The position numbers and the translations under genes are program-made. Positions 1 through 8,339 of a stretch of DNA of 61,180 nt are shown piece after piece; within the stretch, counting starts at the first letter, position 1; each line of letters opens with the position of its first letter. The stretch is from a virus. Under the pieces are notes generated by a model. It had not been told where the DNA came from, did not search any database, and saw nothing but the letters and a program-made list of their open reading frames with translations. The stretch covers positions 1 to 61,180 of IMG/VR virus record IMGVR_UViG_3300023099_000001. One strand, given 5' to 3'.

Positions 1-127
1 GAAGTGACCCTGCGCATCCTTGTAACCAAAGATGTCGCTCTTCGAAGTCTGAGAACCGACAGAAATTGCGTAGAAGTCAAGCCCCAACGCAGTAGCCGCA
101 TCCTCAGCGCCCTTAGTCTTACCAGTA
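1..127. repeat. 127-nt exact terminal overlap with 61054-61180 (circular assembly signature)
   Basis: First 127 nt (gaagtgaccctgcgc...cttaccagta) are identical to the last 127 nt of the window. Confidence 0.95.
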
Positions 128-609
128 CCGGCAGGACCAACCATGAATACAGGCAGCCGAGAGCCGATGATACGCAGCAACAGTTCAAACTTGTTGTGCT
201 GCACCCCGGACAGAGCAATCGTGTTGTTTTCTGTGCGGACCTCAATGGGCCGCACCTGCGTTGCAAGGGCAGTCAAATCTGCTGTAAGCTTCTCAGCCTC
301 AGCGCGCACTGCTGCGCTGTCAGACTTGACTGTCTTTTGAATGCCAGCAAGTGCAGACTTCATTTCCTTGTCGAAAGTTTCCGCTTCCGAACGCAGGCCA
401 TCACTGATGGTCTGAATCAGAACAGGCTTCAGTTCGGCTGTTACAGACTTCAGCACAGGTTCGGTAAGAACCTTCACAATTTCGTCAGTAACGTCAATCT
501 GCCCGTCCTTACCTTTGGTGAGGGTGGCAATGGGGGCTTTCTTAGCAGCTTCCTGCTGTCCCAGCAGTTGACGCATCTGCTCAATGCTGGGGGCTGTTTT
601 ATCAGTCAT
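1..609 (-). CDS. AAA+ ATPase (MoxR/CobS-like), N-terminal part; the gene wraps the contig ends and continues as 60415-61180
   Basis: Open minus frame from ATG at 609 runs off position 1. It reads ...LPVFMVGPAGTGKTKGAEDAATALGLDFYAISVG (Walker A) and continues into ORF 60415-61140 through the 127-nt overlap. Confidence 0.85.
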   Translation of the reverse strand, partial: MTDKTAPSIEQMRQLLGQQEAAKKAPIATLTKGKDGQIDVTDEIVKVLTEPVLKSVTAELKPVLIQTISDGLRSEAETFDKEMKSALAGIQKTVKSDSAAVRAEAEKLTADLTALATQVRPIEVRTENNTIALSGVQHNKFELLLRIIGSRLPVFMVGPAGTGKTKGAEDAATALGLDFYAISVGSQTSKSDIFGYKDAQGHF

Positions 610-964
610 TTTTTGTCAGTAGTCCTTCTACATAGGTGAGGTCGATATGTTCTGAGCTTACAGATGGGTGATACGTTTCGTCAACCATATCTTTTTCAAG
701 CTCTGGGTAACGTGTAACACGATATCGTGGTGTGATAGGAAGGTCAAGCATTTCTTCGATCATTTGAAGACTCTGCTCAAGTTCCCAAGCGTTCTGCCAG
801 AAATTTTCTGCCACCTTACCGGGGCGGTAGTCCCACACAGAAACTTCAAACCACTGATCGTGTTCCTGATCGAACAGTTCGAACTTGGACACGTTACCGC
901 GTGTGTGGTGCATTTCAACATAAAACTCTGGAAGTGTAACTTCCGTTACTGTTTCGTTTGACAT
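602..964 (-). CDS. hypothetical protein (120 aa)
   Basis: ORF track; start/stop packed against neighbours; no motif recognised. Confidence 0.6.
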   Translation of the reverse strand: MSNETVTEVTLPEFYVEMHHTRGNVSKFELFDQEHDQWFEVSVWDYRPGKVAENFWQNAWELEQSLQMIEEMLDLPITPRYRVTRYPELEKDMVDETYHPSVSSEHIDLTYVEGLLTKND

Positions 965-971
965 TTATTTT

Positions 972-1301
972 TCAGCCCTTTTCCCACTTGTTGTAATCGT
1001 TGCCGTAAGTTTTTGGACTGATTTGAACACCTGCGGCCAGCATGATAGACATGAGCGCAGTAATAGTGTCCTCATCAGTTAGATCAATGTTACGAATAGC
1101 TTCCTGAAGCTCTTTCGTACCCTTGTCCTGATTTGCCACATTTTTTTCAATGATGGCCTGCATAACAAAATGCACAGGTCGGATTAGACCCACTATTTTA
1201 CGCAACGCGCCTTCAGTGCCGGGAGGCGCTTTCTTCAAGTAATCTTCGTTACCGGAATCACCGCTGATCGATCCGCCGTTGGGCGGGAAGAAGCTATTCA
1301 T
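972..1301 (-). CDS. hypothetical protein (109 aa)
   Basis: ORF track; overlaps the next gene by 4 nt. Confidence 0.6.
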   Translation of the reverse strand: MNSFFPPNGGSISGDSGNEDYLKKAPPGTEGALRKIVGLIRPVHFVMQAIIEKNVANQDKGTKELQEAIRNIDLTDEDTITALMSIMLAAGVQISPKTYGNDYNKWEKG

Positions 1302-1654
1302 GCTTTATCTCCTGAAATGTCTTTGTCAGTGTCGTTTTCAAACGGATCAATACCGTCAGCAGGAATCTCACCGATAGCGAACATGGTTTCCCAGAGGGTC
1401 ATGTGTCGAGGTGCTTGATAGTAGACACCGTGATCGTGTTCCGAATCGCAGCTGGACAGCAGGCGTGTCAGTTCAATGCGAGTGTCTTCATCCACCTGAA
1501 TCCAACCAGACTCAAAACGGAAAGTGTCTGCGGCGACATAATCACCGGCAGCAAAATCTACCATAGCGTGCTTCTGGCTGAGCTTCACCATTTGGATTAG
1601 CTCAACAGACTTGTCACTCTTGGTGTCAGCGAGGGTTTTAGTAATTTCGTACAT
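1298..1654 (-). CDS. hypothetical protein (118 aa)
   Basis: ORF track; operon packing. Confidence 0.6.
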   Translation of the reverse strand: MYEITKTLADTKSDKSVELIQMVKLSQKHAMVDFAAGDYVAADTFRFESGWIQVDEDTRIELTRLLSSCDSEHDHGVYYQAPRHMTLWETMFAIGEIPADGIDPFENDTDKDISGDKA

Positions 1655-1656
1655 GT

Positions 1657-2202
1657 TTAGGACACTACTGCTTTCTCTGTCGGTGTGTCAAGAGCTACGA
1701 AGTAATTAATTATTTCGAAAAGTTCACAAGCAATTTTGCGGGTAAGCAGAATGTACTGCCCATTATCGGCAGCAAGGTTACTTGTAATTTTAAAGCCAGC
1801 TTCTGCATCGTTACCGTGAATAACTGTCACTTTGACAGCAGTGTAACCGTTTGGTCCCTGCTCAGACTCCACGCCAGCAATAACCCAGTGTAGAGCAATG
1901 TGAAACAAAGCCAACCGTTTGCGGGGCACAGCGAGGTCCATGATCTGGATAGTCTCAGCAGACACTTTCAGGATGCCTTCTTGCAGCAACGGTGTAACGT
2001 ACTGTGCCGCAATCTCTTTGGCGGGCGCGTGCATCATTGTCTTACAAAAGTCAGCGTTAGCTTGCTCTACAGCTTCGTCGTAGGTGTGCCATTCGATTAC
2101 TGCCGCCTCTTCCTCTTCGGGAGTTGCGAACGTGCTGGCTGGCTTGTACTCGGTGTCAGTCACTTGTATAGCTCCACAATCAAAATAATAGCTGAGATAC
2201 AA
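1657..2202 (-). CDS. hypothetical protein (up to 181 aa; start uncertain, TTG at 2202 or GTG at 2163)
   Basis: ORF track. The listed start is TTG. A GTG with a GGAGC motif 8 nt upstream lies at 2163. Confidence 0.55.
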   Translation of the reverse strand: MYLSYYFDCGAIQVTDTEYKPASTFATPEEEEAAVIEWHTYDEAVEQANADFCKTMMHAPAKEIAAQYVTPLLQEGILKVSAETIQIMDLAVPRKRLALFHIALHWVIAGVESEQGPNGYTAVKVTVIHGNDAEAGFKITSNLAADNGQYILLTRKIACELFEIINYFVALDTPTEKAVVS

Positions 2203-2254
2203 CCAGCTACAGCAAACAAACCAGCAATAAATAGTAGCTTTTCTTCAAGTGTTT

Positions 2255-2530
2255 TCAACGGTCGCTGCCTTGCGTGCGGTTCTCGCGGGGCTTGGCTGCC
2301 TGCTCAGCTTCGAACTCAGCGCGCGGCACCAGCTTATAGAAACTGTACGTCGTACCGTCAGGCTCAATTGTCATGTGCAAGTCAGTATTCGTGTCGGCCT
2401 GAAAACGTTGAATCCAAGTATTCCACAGCGGAGTACCTTTGATGCAGGTTTCTTCGATCTTCACCGCAAACGGATACTCAGGGTTACGTGCGAGCTTCCG
2501 CTTGAAATCATCAAGAGTCATTGCAAACAT
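2255..2530 (-). CDS. hypothetical protein (91 aa)
   Basis: ORF track; abuts the next gene. Confidence 0.6.
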   Translation of the reverse strand: MFAMTLDDFKRKLARNPEYPFAVKIEETCIKGTPLWNTWIQRFQADTNTDLHMTIEPDGTTYSFYKLVPRAEFEAEQAAKPRENRTQGSDR

Positions 2531-2722
2531 TTAATTTTCTCCATAAGTTGCATAGTATTCGAGTGCTGTAGCTAAATCTAGCGCTTCCTGCTTCGAAAGT
2601 CTAGAGCTAATAGTTATGTCTCTTTCAATAGCTGTGACACTTAAAACCAAAGGACCGGGAGAGCTTCGTGATCCTATAACGTGCACAGTTCGCGCCAGAT
2701 CAGTAGTTAGTTCAAAAGACAT
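2531..2722 (-). CDS. small protein, C-terminal D-L-x-x-A-L-x-Y-Y helix family
   Basis: 63 aa ending ...QEALDLATALEYYATYGEN; member of the tandem paralog set. Confidence 0.65.
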   Translation of the reverse strand: MSFELTTDLARTVHVIGSRSSPGPLVLSVTAIERDITISSRLSKQEALDLATALEYYATYGEN

Positions 2723-2961
2723 CAGGCGTGCCCCCTCGCATAAAATTGTAACGCAACTGCCAAATCTTCTGCCTCTTCGGCGGTAAGAAAAATCGCTGTA
2801 CCTTTAGTGGGTACGCTGTTCAGTTGAATAGACACAATAACGTCATTTAATTCTGAAATCTGTGTTGGGCGACTGCTAAGCACGGTAATGGTGCGTCTAC
2901 TACCACTAGTCTCCGGCCTAATATAACCCGTTGGCTTTGTAATTACAAATTTGCTCATCAA
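2722..2961 (-). CDS. small protein, C-terminal D-L-x-x-A-L-x-Y-Y helix family
   Basis: 79 aa ending ...AEEAEDLAVALQFYARGHA. Confidence 0.65.
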   Translation of the reverse strand: MMSKFVITKPTGYIRPETSGSRRTITVLSSRPTQISELNDVIVSIQLNSVPTKGTAIFLTAEEAEDLAVALQFYARGHA

Positions 2962-3293
2962 CTATTCCGCGTGGTTTTGTAATACGAAAGCACAGTAATC
3001 AGATCATCAATATCAGAGTCCGTCAGGTCAATCTGAGCTACCGCCTGCTGTGTGGCTGAGGTAACAGAAATAAGCGGCTCAGAAAGGCCAACATAAATAG
3101 AGGTCGGGTAAATCCGTAACTGAAACTCTCCGCGAGCGAACTTGTAATCAGTTCCGCCGCCTACCAGACCGTCAAAGGGTCCTAGCCTCTTTACTGCCGG
3201 AACGTAAGGTCGGTTTGAGTTCGCGGCTGTCGTCGTGTACACAGACTCTTGCAACTTAGCAGCTTGAAGCCAGTCATACTTACTCATTTTCAA
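2958..3293 (-). CDS. small protein, C-terminal D-L-x-x-A-L-x-Y-Y helix family
   Basis: 111 aa ending ...DSDIDDLITVLSYYKTTRNS; shares a 35-nt identical stretch with 58670-58704. Confidence 0.65.
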   Translation of the reverse strand: MKMSKYDWLQAAKLQESVYTTTAANSNRPYVPAVKRLGPFDGLVGGGTDYKFARGEFQLRIYPTSIYVGLSEPLISVTSATQQAVAQIDLTDSDIDDLITVLSYYKTTRNS

Positions 3294-3519
3294 GAGCCTT
3301 CACAAGATTTTGAAAGAACGGATCGGACATATCCCACACTACAGGGTAGTGTACGTTTCCGCTAGGGTCTTTATGGCACTGGTAAAGTTCGTCATCAACA
3401 GACACAATAAACCACCGCGACTCGTCAACACTACCCTGCCTCTGCTCCCAGATGCTCCATGTCCGAGTTTCTGCGGCCACGGGCGGGTCATCGGCCCGAT
3501 GCTTAGCCATGAAAACCAT
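3280..3519 (-). CDS. hypothetical protein (79 aa)
   Basis: ORF track. Confidence 0.55.
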   Translation of the reverse strand: MVFMAKHRADDPPVAAETRTWSIWEQRQGSVDESRWFIVSVDDELYQCHKDPSGNVHYPVVWDMSDPFFQNLVKALENE

Positions 3520-3820
3520 CGCGCATAATAGGCGTAGCAGTAGGCATTACCTTACCGTTAGCAATTTCTTCGCGCAGCTTAGCTGAAGTCTCGCGGACAC
3601 GAATAGTCTGCTTATCCATCACCCGCACATAGGCAGCCGTAGCCAAATCAGAATGACTAACAGCATCGATAGATAAACCCTGAATAACTCTCATGAATTC
3701 GTCAACAGCCACACGAGCGCTAGTAGCTTCCATGATAGCGCGGGAATGCTTCAACGCTGTGCTCACGCCCAAACGAATCTCACCGTATTGCTTAGCGATT
3801 TTATTTTTTGACTTAAACAT
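3503..3820 (-). CDS. hypothetical protein (105 aa; start moved to ATG 3820)
   Basis: Internal ATG (MFKSKNK...) lies 1 nt after the stop of the upstream gene at 3822. The longer ORF would overlap that gene by 80 nt. Confidence 0.55.
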   Translation of the reverse strand: MFKSKNKIAKQYGEIRLGVSTALKHSRAIMEATSARVAVDEFMRVIQGLSIDAVSHSDLATAAYVRVMDKQTIRVRETSAKLREEIANGKVMPTATPIMRDGFHG

Positions 3821-3821
3821 T

Positions 3822-4109
3822 TTATTCACCCGTCCACTGCTCGTATGTGCCGGGGTAACCCAGCAACACAATCTCACCTGACGCATCCTGACCAACCCCA
3901 ACAATAATTGCGGGGATAACCTGCTTCTCGTTCTCAGGATTCATAATCTCAATTGAGATTACAGTGTCACCGGGAATCTGCGCAAGAATGTTTGACAAAG
4001 CAGAAACCGTAATCTGAGTGCTTGACGTAGTGGTGTCCTCGCTGCCCCTATAGTTTCCCAACTGAGGGGTATCTTCGTGCTTTTCTTGTCCGTTAGGAAA
4101 CATAGACAT
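3822..4109 (-). CDS. hypothetical protein (95 aa; start moved to ATG 4109)
   Basis: ATG (MSMFPNG...) lies directly after the upstream stop at 4111. Confidence 0.55.
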   Translation of the reverse strand: MSMFPNGQEKHEDTPQLGNYRGSEDTTTSSTQITVSALSNILAQIPGDTVISIEIMNPENEKQVIPAIIVGVGQDASGEIVLLGYPGTYEQWTGE

Positions 4110-4110
4110 T

Positions 4111-4410
4111 TTAGTAATCTTCTCTCTGTGGGTCGTTGCCGTCGTACTGCTCGTACTGGTAATAGTAATCCATGGTCTGTAAATTACCGTTTCTATCTCT
4201 GATAAAACCATTTATACCGTGGATAAGAAAACCCGGAAATTTTTTAACAAACTGTAGCACAGCATCTGCAATGTCGGTTGCCGGAAAATTGCTTAACGTC
4301 ATTGACGTATTATCTGTCGGGTTGCGCGCAGAAATACTCCACACTGTCGGCGCAGTTTCCGTAGCTGCCGTAGCTGCCGTAGCTGCCGTAGAAGTCTCAG
4401 ATGCTGTCAT
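4111..4410 (-). CDS. hypothetical protein with (TAA)n repeat N-terminus (99 aa)
   Basis: ORF track; contains a 9-bp x3 tandem repeat (4361-4390) encoding TAATAATAAT. Confidence 0.55.
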   Translation of the reverse strand: MTASETSTAATAATAATETAPTVWSISARNPTDNTSMTLSNFPATDIADAVLQFVKKFPGFLIHGINGFIRDRNGNLQTMDYYYQYEQYDGNDPQREDY

Positions 4411-4607
4411 GAATTAAACACTACACCCTTGTAGTAAGTTAACGCAACAATCAAATCACTAACTTCCCGCTCATTCAGGATAATAGTATGACTTTCGTAC
4501 TTAGCCAACCAAGTAGTTTTAAGTCTTACTCCCTTGGAGTAGCTTTCGGCTTCTCCCACCTCTAAACTGAAAACAATTCTTTCATTAGTGCGCTCAATTT
4601 CTATCAT
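4407..4607 (-). CDS. small protein, C-terminal D-L-x-x-A-L-x-Y-Y helix family (66 aa; start at ATG 4607)
   Basis: MIEIERTNERIVF...EREVSDLIVALTYYKGVVFNS. Confidence 0.6.
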   Translation of the reverse strand: MIEIERTNERIVFSLEVGEAESYSKGVRLKTTWLAKYESHTIILNEREVSDLIVALTYYKGVVFNS

Positions 4608-4887
4608 CGCCTGCTTCCTTCTCAAGCTCACCGCGCACAAACTGCACTTGATCCAAAATTGCCAAAGCAAGCTCTTCAGCCTGTGCTACACTCATACCGA
4701 AAATGCCGTTAGTTCGTATAACACCAGAAAGTTCTACAAGAATTGGTGTCAGTCTTCCATCACGCATAGCCTCAAAATTATCGCCTGTCGGCCTGACTAC
4801 TTTAGAGAAATAAACATCGACTGCGGTATCTTGTGCCCACACAGTGACGACACGCCGTGAGTAAGCTTCCTCCCATGACGTAATCAT
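4594..4887 (-). CDS. hypothetical small protein (97 aa), distant member of the same family
   Basis: ...SVAQAEELALAILDQVQF...; same size class and position in the tandem array. Confidence 0.55.
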   Translation of the reverse strand: MITSWEEAYSRRVVTVWAQDTAVDVYFSKVVRPTGDNFEAMRDGRLTPILVELSGVIRTNGIFGMSVAQAEELALAILDQVQFVRGELEKEAGDDRN

Positions 4888-5144
4888 GGCTTAATCCTAC
4901 CCTCAGTCACCGCGATATGGTACTCCAAAACGGTAATATAATCTTTGACCTCTTGAACAGTCAAACCAATACTTGTTTTTACCTGTGTAAAACCGGGTGA
5001 GCCGGAGAGAAAATTTGCTCCTACCGTAGCCAACACAACAACTTCATTTATGCTACGAGGGCGGTTAGATTCTACCGTCAGTTCTACACCGTGCAGCCAA
5101 CGGGACTTAAGTGGAACAGCACTTTTAACATAGTTATCTGCCAC
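4884..5144 (-). CDS. small protein, C-terminal helix family
   Basis: 86 aa ending ...VQEVKDYITVLEYHIAVTEGRIKP. Confidence 0.6.
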   Translation of the reverse strand: MADNYVKSAVPLKSRWLHGVELTVESNRPRSINEVVVLATVGANFLSGSPGFTQVKTSIGLTVQEVKDYITVLEYHIAVTEGRIKP

Positions 5145-5373
5145 TATTCAACACCGTCCGGTAATATTCGAGCGCTGTAATAAAATCGTCAAGCTGTTTC
5201 CCGCGAATCAAAATTACGTGTCTGTTATCTTCGTTATCATAGTGAAACGTAACAGCAACATCGTTACCAGCCATTTCTTCAACGTCTAGCTCTAGCTTGA
5301 TATCAGTATTGTAGTTTTCTTCGTCGTTGTAATCAGACCTTGGCAGTTTAGTTTCAAGAATTCGATAACTCAC
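5134..5373 (-). CDS. small protein, C-terminal D-L-x-x-A-L-x-Y-Y helix family
   Basis: 79 aa (GTG start) ending ...GKQLDDFITALEYYRTVLNSGR. Confidence 0.6.
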   Translation of the reverse strand: MSYRILETKLPRSDYNDEENYNTDIKLELDVEEMAGNDVAVTFHYDNEDNRHVILIRGKQLDDFITALEYYRTVLNSGR

Positions 5374-5377
5374 CGGC

Positions 5378-5554
5378 TCACTCTCCGTTACTTATAGCCT
5401 GAGTGCGTTGAGCAAGGCGAGTGCGAGCGCGCCGCTTACGCCGATCAGCGTGAACACCACTAGCGCCAGAACGACGAAGCTCACGCATAGCCGCAATATA
5501 TCCCTCATTAGCGACCTTGTGCGGTCTGAATTTCGGCGGCTTCTGCTTCTTCAT
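5378..5554 (-). CDS. small basic protein (58 aa), below the ORF-track cutoff
   Basis: Hand translation MKKQKPPKFRPHKVANEGYIAAMRELRRSGASGVHADRRKRRARTRLAQRTQAISNGE. Its stop lies 4 nt before the next gene's GTG. Confidence 0.4.
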   Translation of the reverse strand: MKKQKPPKFRPHKVANEGYIAAMRELRRSGASGVHADRRKRRARTRLAQRTQAISNGE

Positions 5555-5660
5555 GGTCCAAGTCTACAAGTTCTTCATGGTCCAAGTCTACAAGCAAATC
5601 AGGCTGGTGTACAGCATAGTAAGCGTAAATTTCTTCGGGTGTCGGATGATTCTTTGACAT
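5490..5660 (-). CDS. small acidic protein (56 aa) containing a duplicated LVDLDHEE unit
   Basis: Hand translation MSKNHPTPEEIYAYYAVHQPDLLVDLDHEELVDLDHEEAEAAEIQTAQGR; spans the 24-bp tandem duplication at 5547-5594. Confidence 0.35.
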
Positions 5661-5667
5661 GATTTAA

Positions 5668-5973
5668 TCAATCTTTCAGGGCTTCAATAACGTCGGCACA
5701 ATCTATCAGATACTGTGCCAATTTGCGTGCCTCAGGAGCACTAAGCAGAAAATTTCTAGTCATGGCGGTAAAGAAAATGTCACTACCTTGAGCCGATATT
5801 GACGGAAGTCTATCAACAGTAGACGCATTTATAATCACCATACCTACGGTTTCTTCTGACGTTCTATTGCCTTCGTTATCAAATCCTACTATCTGCTTAT
5901 ACCCGTTTAAGTCCTCAAATGCGTGCTCGAAAATTTCTAGCTCGTCTGGCGTGTAATCTTTTCTAGCCATCAA
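5668..5973 (-). CDS. hypothetical protein (101 aa), possibly a distant family member
   Basis: ORF track; ends ...APEARKLAQYLIDCADVIEALKD. Confidence 0.55.
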   Translation of the reverse strand: MMARKDYTPDELEIFEHAFEDLNGYKQIVGFDNEGNRTSEETVGMVIINASTVDRLPSISAQGSDIFFTAMTRNFLLSAPEARKLAQYLIDCADVIEALKD

Positions 5974-6197
5974 AACTCCCCTCTTCTGGCAGAACGCTCT
6001 TCATGAGTTTTAACACGCTTCTTGATTGCGCGCGCAATAAGCCTAGCACCATTACGAACCGATCCGCTAACGCTACGATCAAACTTCTTCTCGATCTTCC
6101 GAACGTGCTCATCACGCCATCCAGTAGCACCGTGATATCCGCCGATTGTCGCCTTCACACGACGAGTTATTTTCCTTTGTCCTGCGTTTGAATCCAT
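5970..6197 (-). CDS. small basic protein (75 aa)
   Basis: ORF track; 4-nt overlap with the downstream gene. Confidence 0.55.
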   Translation of the reverse strand: MDSNAGQRKITRRVKATIGGYHGATGWRDEHVRKIEKKFDRSVSGSVRNGARLIARAIKKRVKTHEERSARRGEF

Positions 6198-6397
6198 TAG
6201 TCCGAACCTCCCGAGTCACCGGAAGACACCGGTACACACCAATCTGCCGGAACAGAAACAGGGGACGGCCACTCAGCATCAACCTCTTTAATAATAATAC
6301 TCTGGCTCGTTGACTTGATTTTGACAATCTGGTAAACAGTACCGTCGCCGCCATCATATTTTGGGGCGGTAACTAAATCACCTACTGACAGTTTCAT
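6197..6397 (-). CDS. hypothetical protein (66 aa)
   Basis: ORF track; shares junction nucleotides with both neighbours. Confidence 0.55.
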   Translation of the reverse strand: MKLSVGDLVTAPKYDGGDGTVYQIVKIKSTSQSIIIKEVDAEWPSPVSVPADWCVPVSSGDSGGSD

Positions 6398-6789
6398 TAC
6401 GGACCTCTTCGAATTTCAGTAGCCCATTCGCGCGCATCACTGACGAAAGTATCTTGGTCCCAGATTACAGCAGACTTATTATCTGCTAAGGCATTCGCGT
6501 AGTCCTCTACAGCCTCGGCCTTGACCTCGCGCTCGTCGCGGATGATGCCTGCGGCAAGCAGTGTGTCAACATCCTCCTGACATGAGCCACAATACGGAGG
6601 CGCGCTTGCGCAGCTGCCGCAATACTGTTGGTTTGATATGAATTCCAGCAGTGCTTCACGGCTTACGGTCAGGCGTGACTCGCGGCCAGCCTCAAACCCT
6701 ATGCGCCGGTCCTCGACACGACCATAGTGGTCGTCAATTCCGTCCGGGAAGCGGGCAATCGCCTCGGGGCTATGCTGTGGCTCAGTCAT
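6397..6789 (-). CDS. hypothetical Cys-rich protein (130 aa)
   Basis: ORF track; contains CGSCASAPPYCGSCQ. Confidence 0.6.
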   Translation of the reverse strand: MTEPQHSPEAIARFPDGIDDHYGRVEDRRIGFEAGRESRLTVSREALLEFISNQQYCGSCASAPPYCGSCQEDVDTLLAAGIIRDEREVKAEAVEDYANALADNKSAVIWDQDTFVSDAREWATEIRRGP

Positions 6790-6974
6790 TTTGAATCCTT
6801 AGTGTCAACAACTCTTGCGGCGTTACCTATGCTATTCCAAATCTTCACTTTGTACTTAGCTGAAAATTTAAAGTGGTAACTGTCGCTATCAACAACCCAC
6901 CTACCCATATTGAAAAATTCAACCACATAACGTTTTTGTGGGGCTGGATAAGATTCATAAATAACTTTTGGCAT
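6786..6974 (-). CDS. hypothetical protein (62 aa)
   Basis: ORF track. Confidence 0.55.
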   Translation of the reverse strand: MPKVIYESYPAPQKRYVVEFFNMGRWVVDSDSYHFKFSAKYKVKIWNSIGNAARVVDTKDSK

Positions 6975-7289
6975 TTACTTGTCCTCAAGTTTATTCGGCG
7001 GGTAATCCCCCACCAACTGTGTTTTCACATATTCCAAATGTGAAACTTGCCCGTTATATTTACGGTACCGTGACAAACACAAATAAGCATAATCAGAAAT
7101 TGTTTCTGGTGTTGCTTTGTCGGCGTACATATTAGTTTGATACAGTGCCACGGTGTACTTAATCAACCCAAAAAACGTTTTACGGCGTTCCATCAGTCGA
7201 ACATGAATAAATGACACCCCCAACGGGTGTGATTCAGTAACCCGCCAAAATTGGTGAGCAGGTAATACAGGCAACGTGTTCTTAGACAT
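6975..7289 (-). CDS. hypothetical protein (104 aa)
   Basis: ORF track. Confidence 0.55.
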   Translation of the reverse strand: MSKNTLPVLPAHQFWRVTESHPLGVSFIHVRLMERRKTFFGLIKYTVALYQTNMYADKATPETISDYAYLCLSRYRKYNGQVSHLEYVKTQLVGDYPPNKLEDK

Positions 7290-7575
7290 GCGTTAGCTCT
7301 TTCTCTTTACGCTTGATTTCCTGATAGCGGAACGCCTTAGCAACATCAAGATACAAATTGCTGAGCGGCAAGTCAAGCGCTTGGCTTATATTCGCAATCA
7401 CAGTACTACTCGGCTCTTTAATGCCCCGCTCAATCTCGCTCAGAAAACTCAGGCTGATATGGGATTTAGCCGACAGGTCACGTAAGGTCAAGTCCTGCTG
7501 TGTGCGGTACTGCTTGAGCGTACTACCCAACGCATACGCGGTTGACAATTCGTATTCAAGTGCGCGGTTTGTCAT
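7282..7575 (-). CDS. XRE-family helix-turn-helix transcriptional regulator (97 aa; start at ATG 7575)
   Basis: LKQYRTQQDLTLRDLSAKSHISLSFLSEIERGIKEPS is a classic Cro/CI-type HTH. The ATG overlaps the upstream stop (TGATG). Confidence 0.8.
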   Translation of the reverse strand: MTNRALEYELSTAYALGSTLKQYRTQQDLTLRDLSAKSHISLSFLSEIERGIKEPSSTVIANISQALDLPLSNLYLDVAKAFRYQEIKRKEKELTHV

Positions 7576-7874
7576 CAGATTAGTACAACCTTCCAGCAAT
7601 CTTCTGAATTTCTTTTGCAATCTGCGCAAATCACTTCATCCCACTTGTCTAGGTAATCATTGTAACGCTGCTGGCACCAAAAGCGTGTAATATTATCGCA
7701 TCCTGTTGCTTTTGCTACTGCGTGAGTAGTGCAGTCGTGCTCTTGCCTAGAATTACAGACCAAATTATCATGCTGGCTGTGCAGAATCTTCACAAACTCT
7801 TCGATATCCTGCTCAGAAATCGGTGACGCGACTGTTGGCGCTGATTCAGTATTCATGAGATACCCCCATTCCAT
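7575..7874 (-). CDS. hypothetical Cys-rich protein (99 aa)
   Basis: ORF track. Confidence 0.55.
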   Translation of the reverse strand: MEWGYLMNTESAPTVASPISEQDIEEFVKILHSQHDNLVCNSRQEHDCTTHAVAKATGCDNITRFWCQQRYNDYLDKWDEVICADCKRNSEDCWKVVLI

Positions 7875-8335
7875 GCTGCAAGTTCAGCCAGCCACTGGTC
7901 CGATTCGCGCAGCATTTGAGACAGGGCACGAGATACGAAGTAGAACTCGCCCCGCATGTTGACGAAGTTTTTCAACTCGTAGAGCACCGCCTCGCGCGGG
8001 GTCTTGCCGAATATTGCTGGACTCTTGCCCTCGGCGGCGCGGTGCATGTTGAGCGAGAGCGTCATGATGTGGTCCTGCATGTGGAAGCTGAACGCGTCCA
8101 TCACTGCCCGATACGCGGCGCTTTCGCGCTTCATATCAGCCTCGATGTGAGGGATGGATTTCGCAGCCTCAAAGTGCGCGTCGATGAGGTTCCAGCGCCC
8201 CGGCACGAACGTCACATCCATGCCGTATAGCTCGTTAGTGAACGAGAGCATTTCTCGGTATTCTACTTTGATGCCGGGATACCAGCGCAGTGTTGAATGA
8301 ATCACGGCTGCATTAGATGTGGGTGGATAGCTCAT
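7853..8335 (-). CDS. hypothetical protein (160 aa)
   Basis: ORF track. Confidence 0.6.
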   Translation of the reverse strand: MSYPPTSNAAVIHSTLRWYPGIKVEYREMLSFTNELYGMDVTFVPGRWNLIDAHFEAAKSIPHIEADMKRESAAYRAVMDAFSFHMQDHIMTLSLNMHRAAEGKSPAIFGKTPREAVLYELKNFVNMRGEFYFVSRALSQMLRESDQWLAELAAWNGGIS

Positions 8336-8339
8336 AGCT

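Noticed and set aside
4-639. 211-aa + strand ORF at the left end (and the nested 143-340 ORF)
   Set aside because: It is antisense to a motif-bearing AAA+ ATPase reading frame (Walker A GPAGTGKT) that continues across the circular junction. It also has a low-complexity, Cys/Arg-rich composition.
1072-1078. Other CUGAUGA/CUGANGA occurrences (1072, 7572, 17407, 29046, 46627, 59058 and others) as additional hammerheads
   Set aside because: All lie inside ORFs and lack the adjacent stem I hairpin, the GAAA box and the stem III hairpin.
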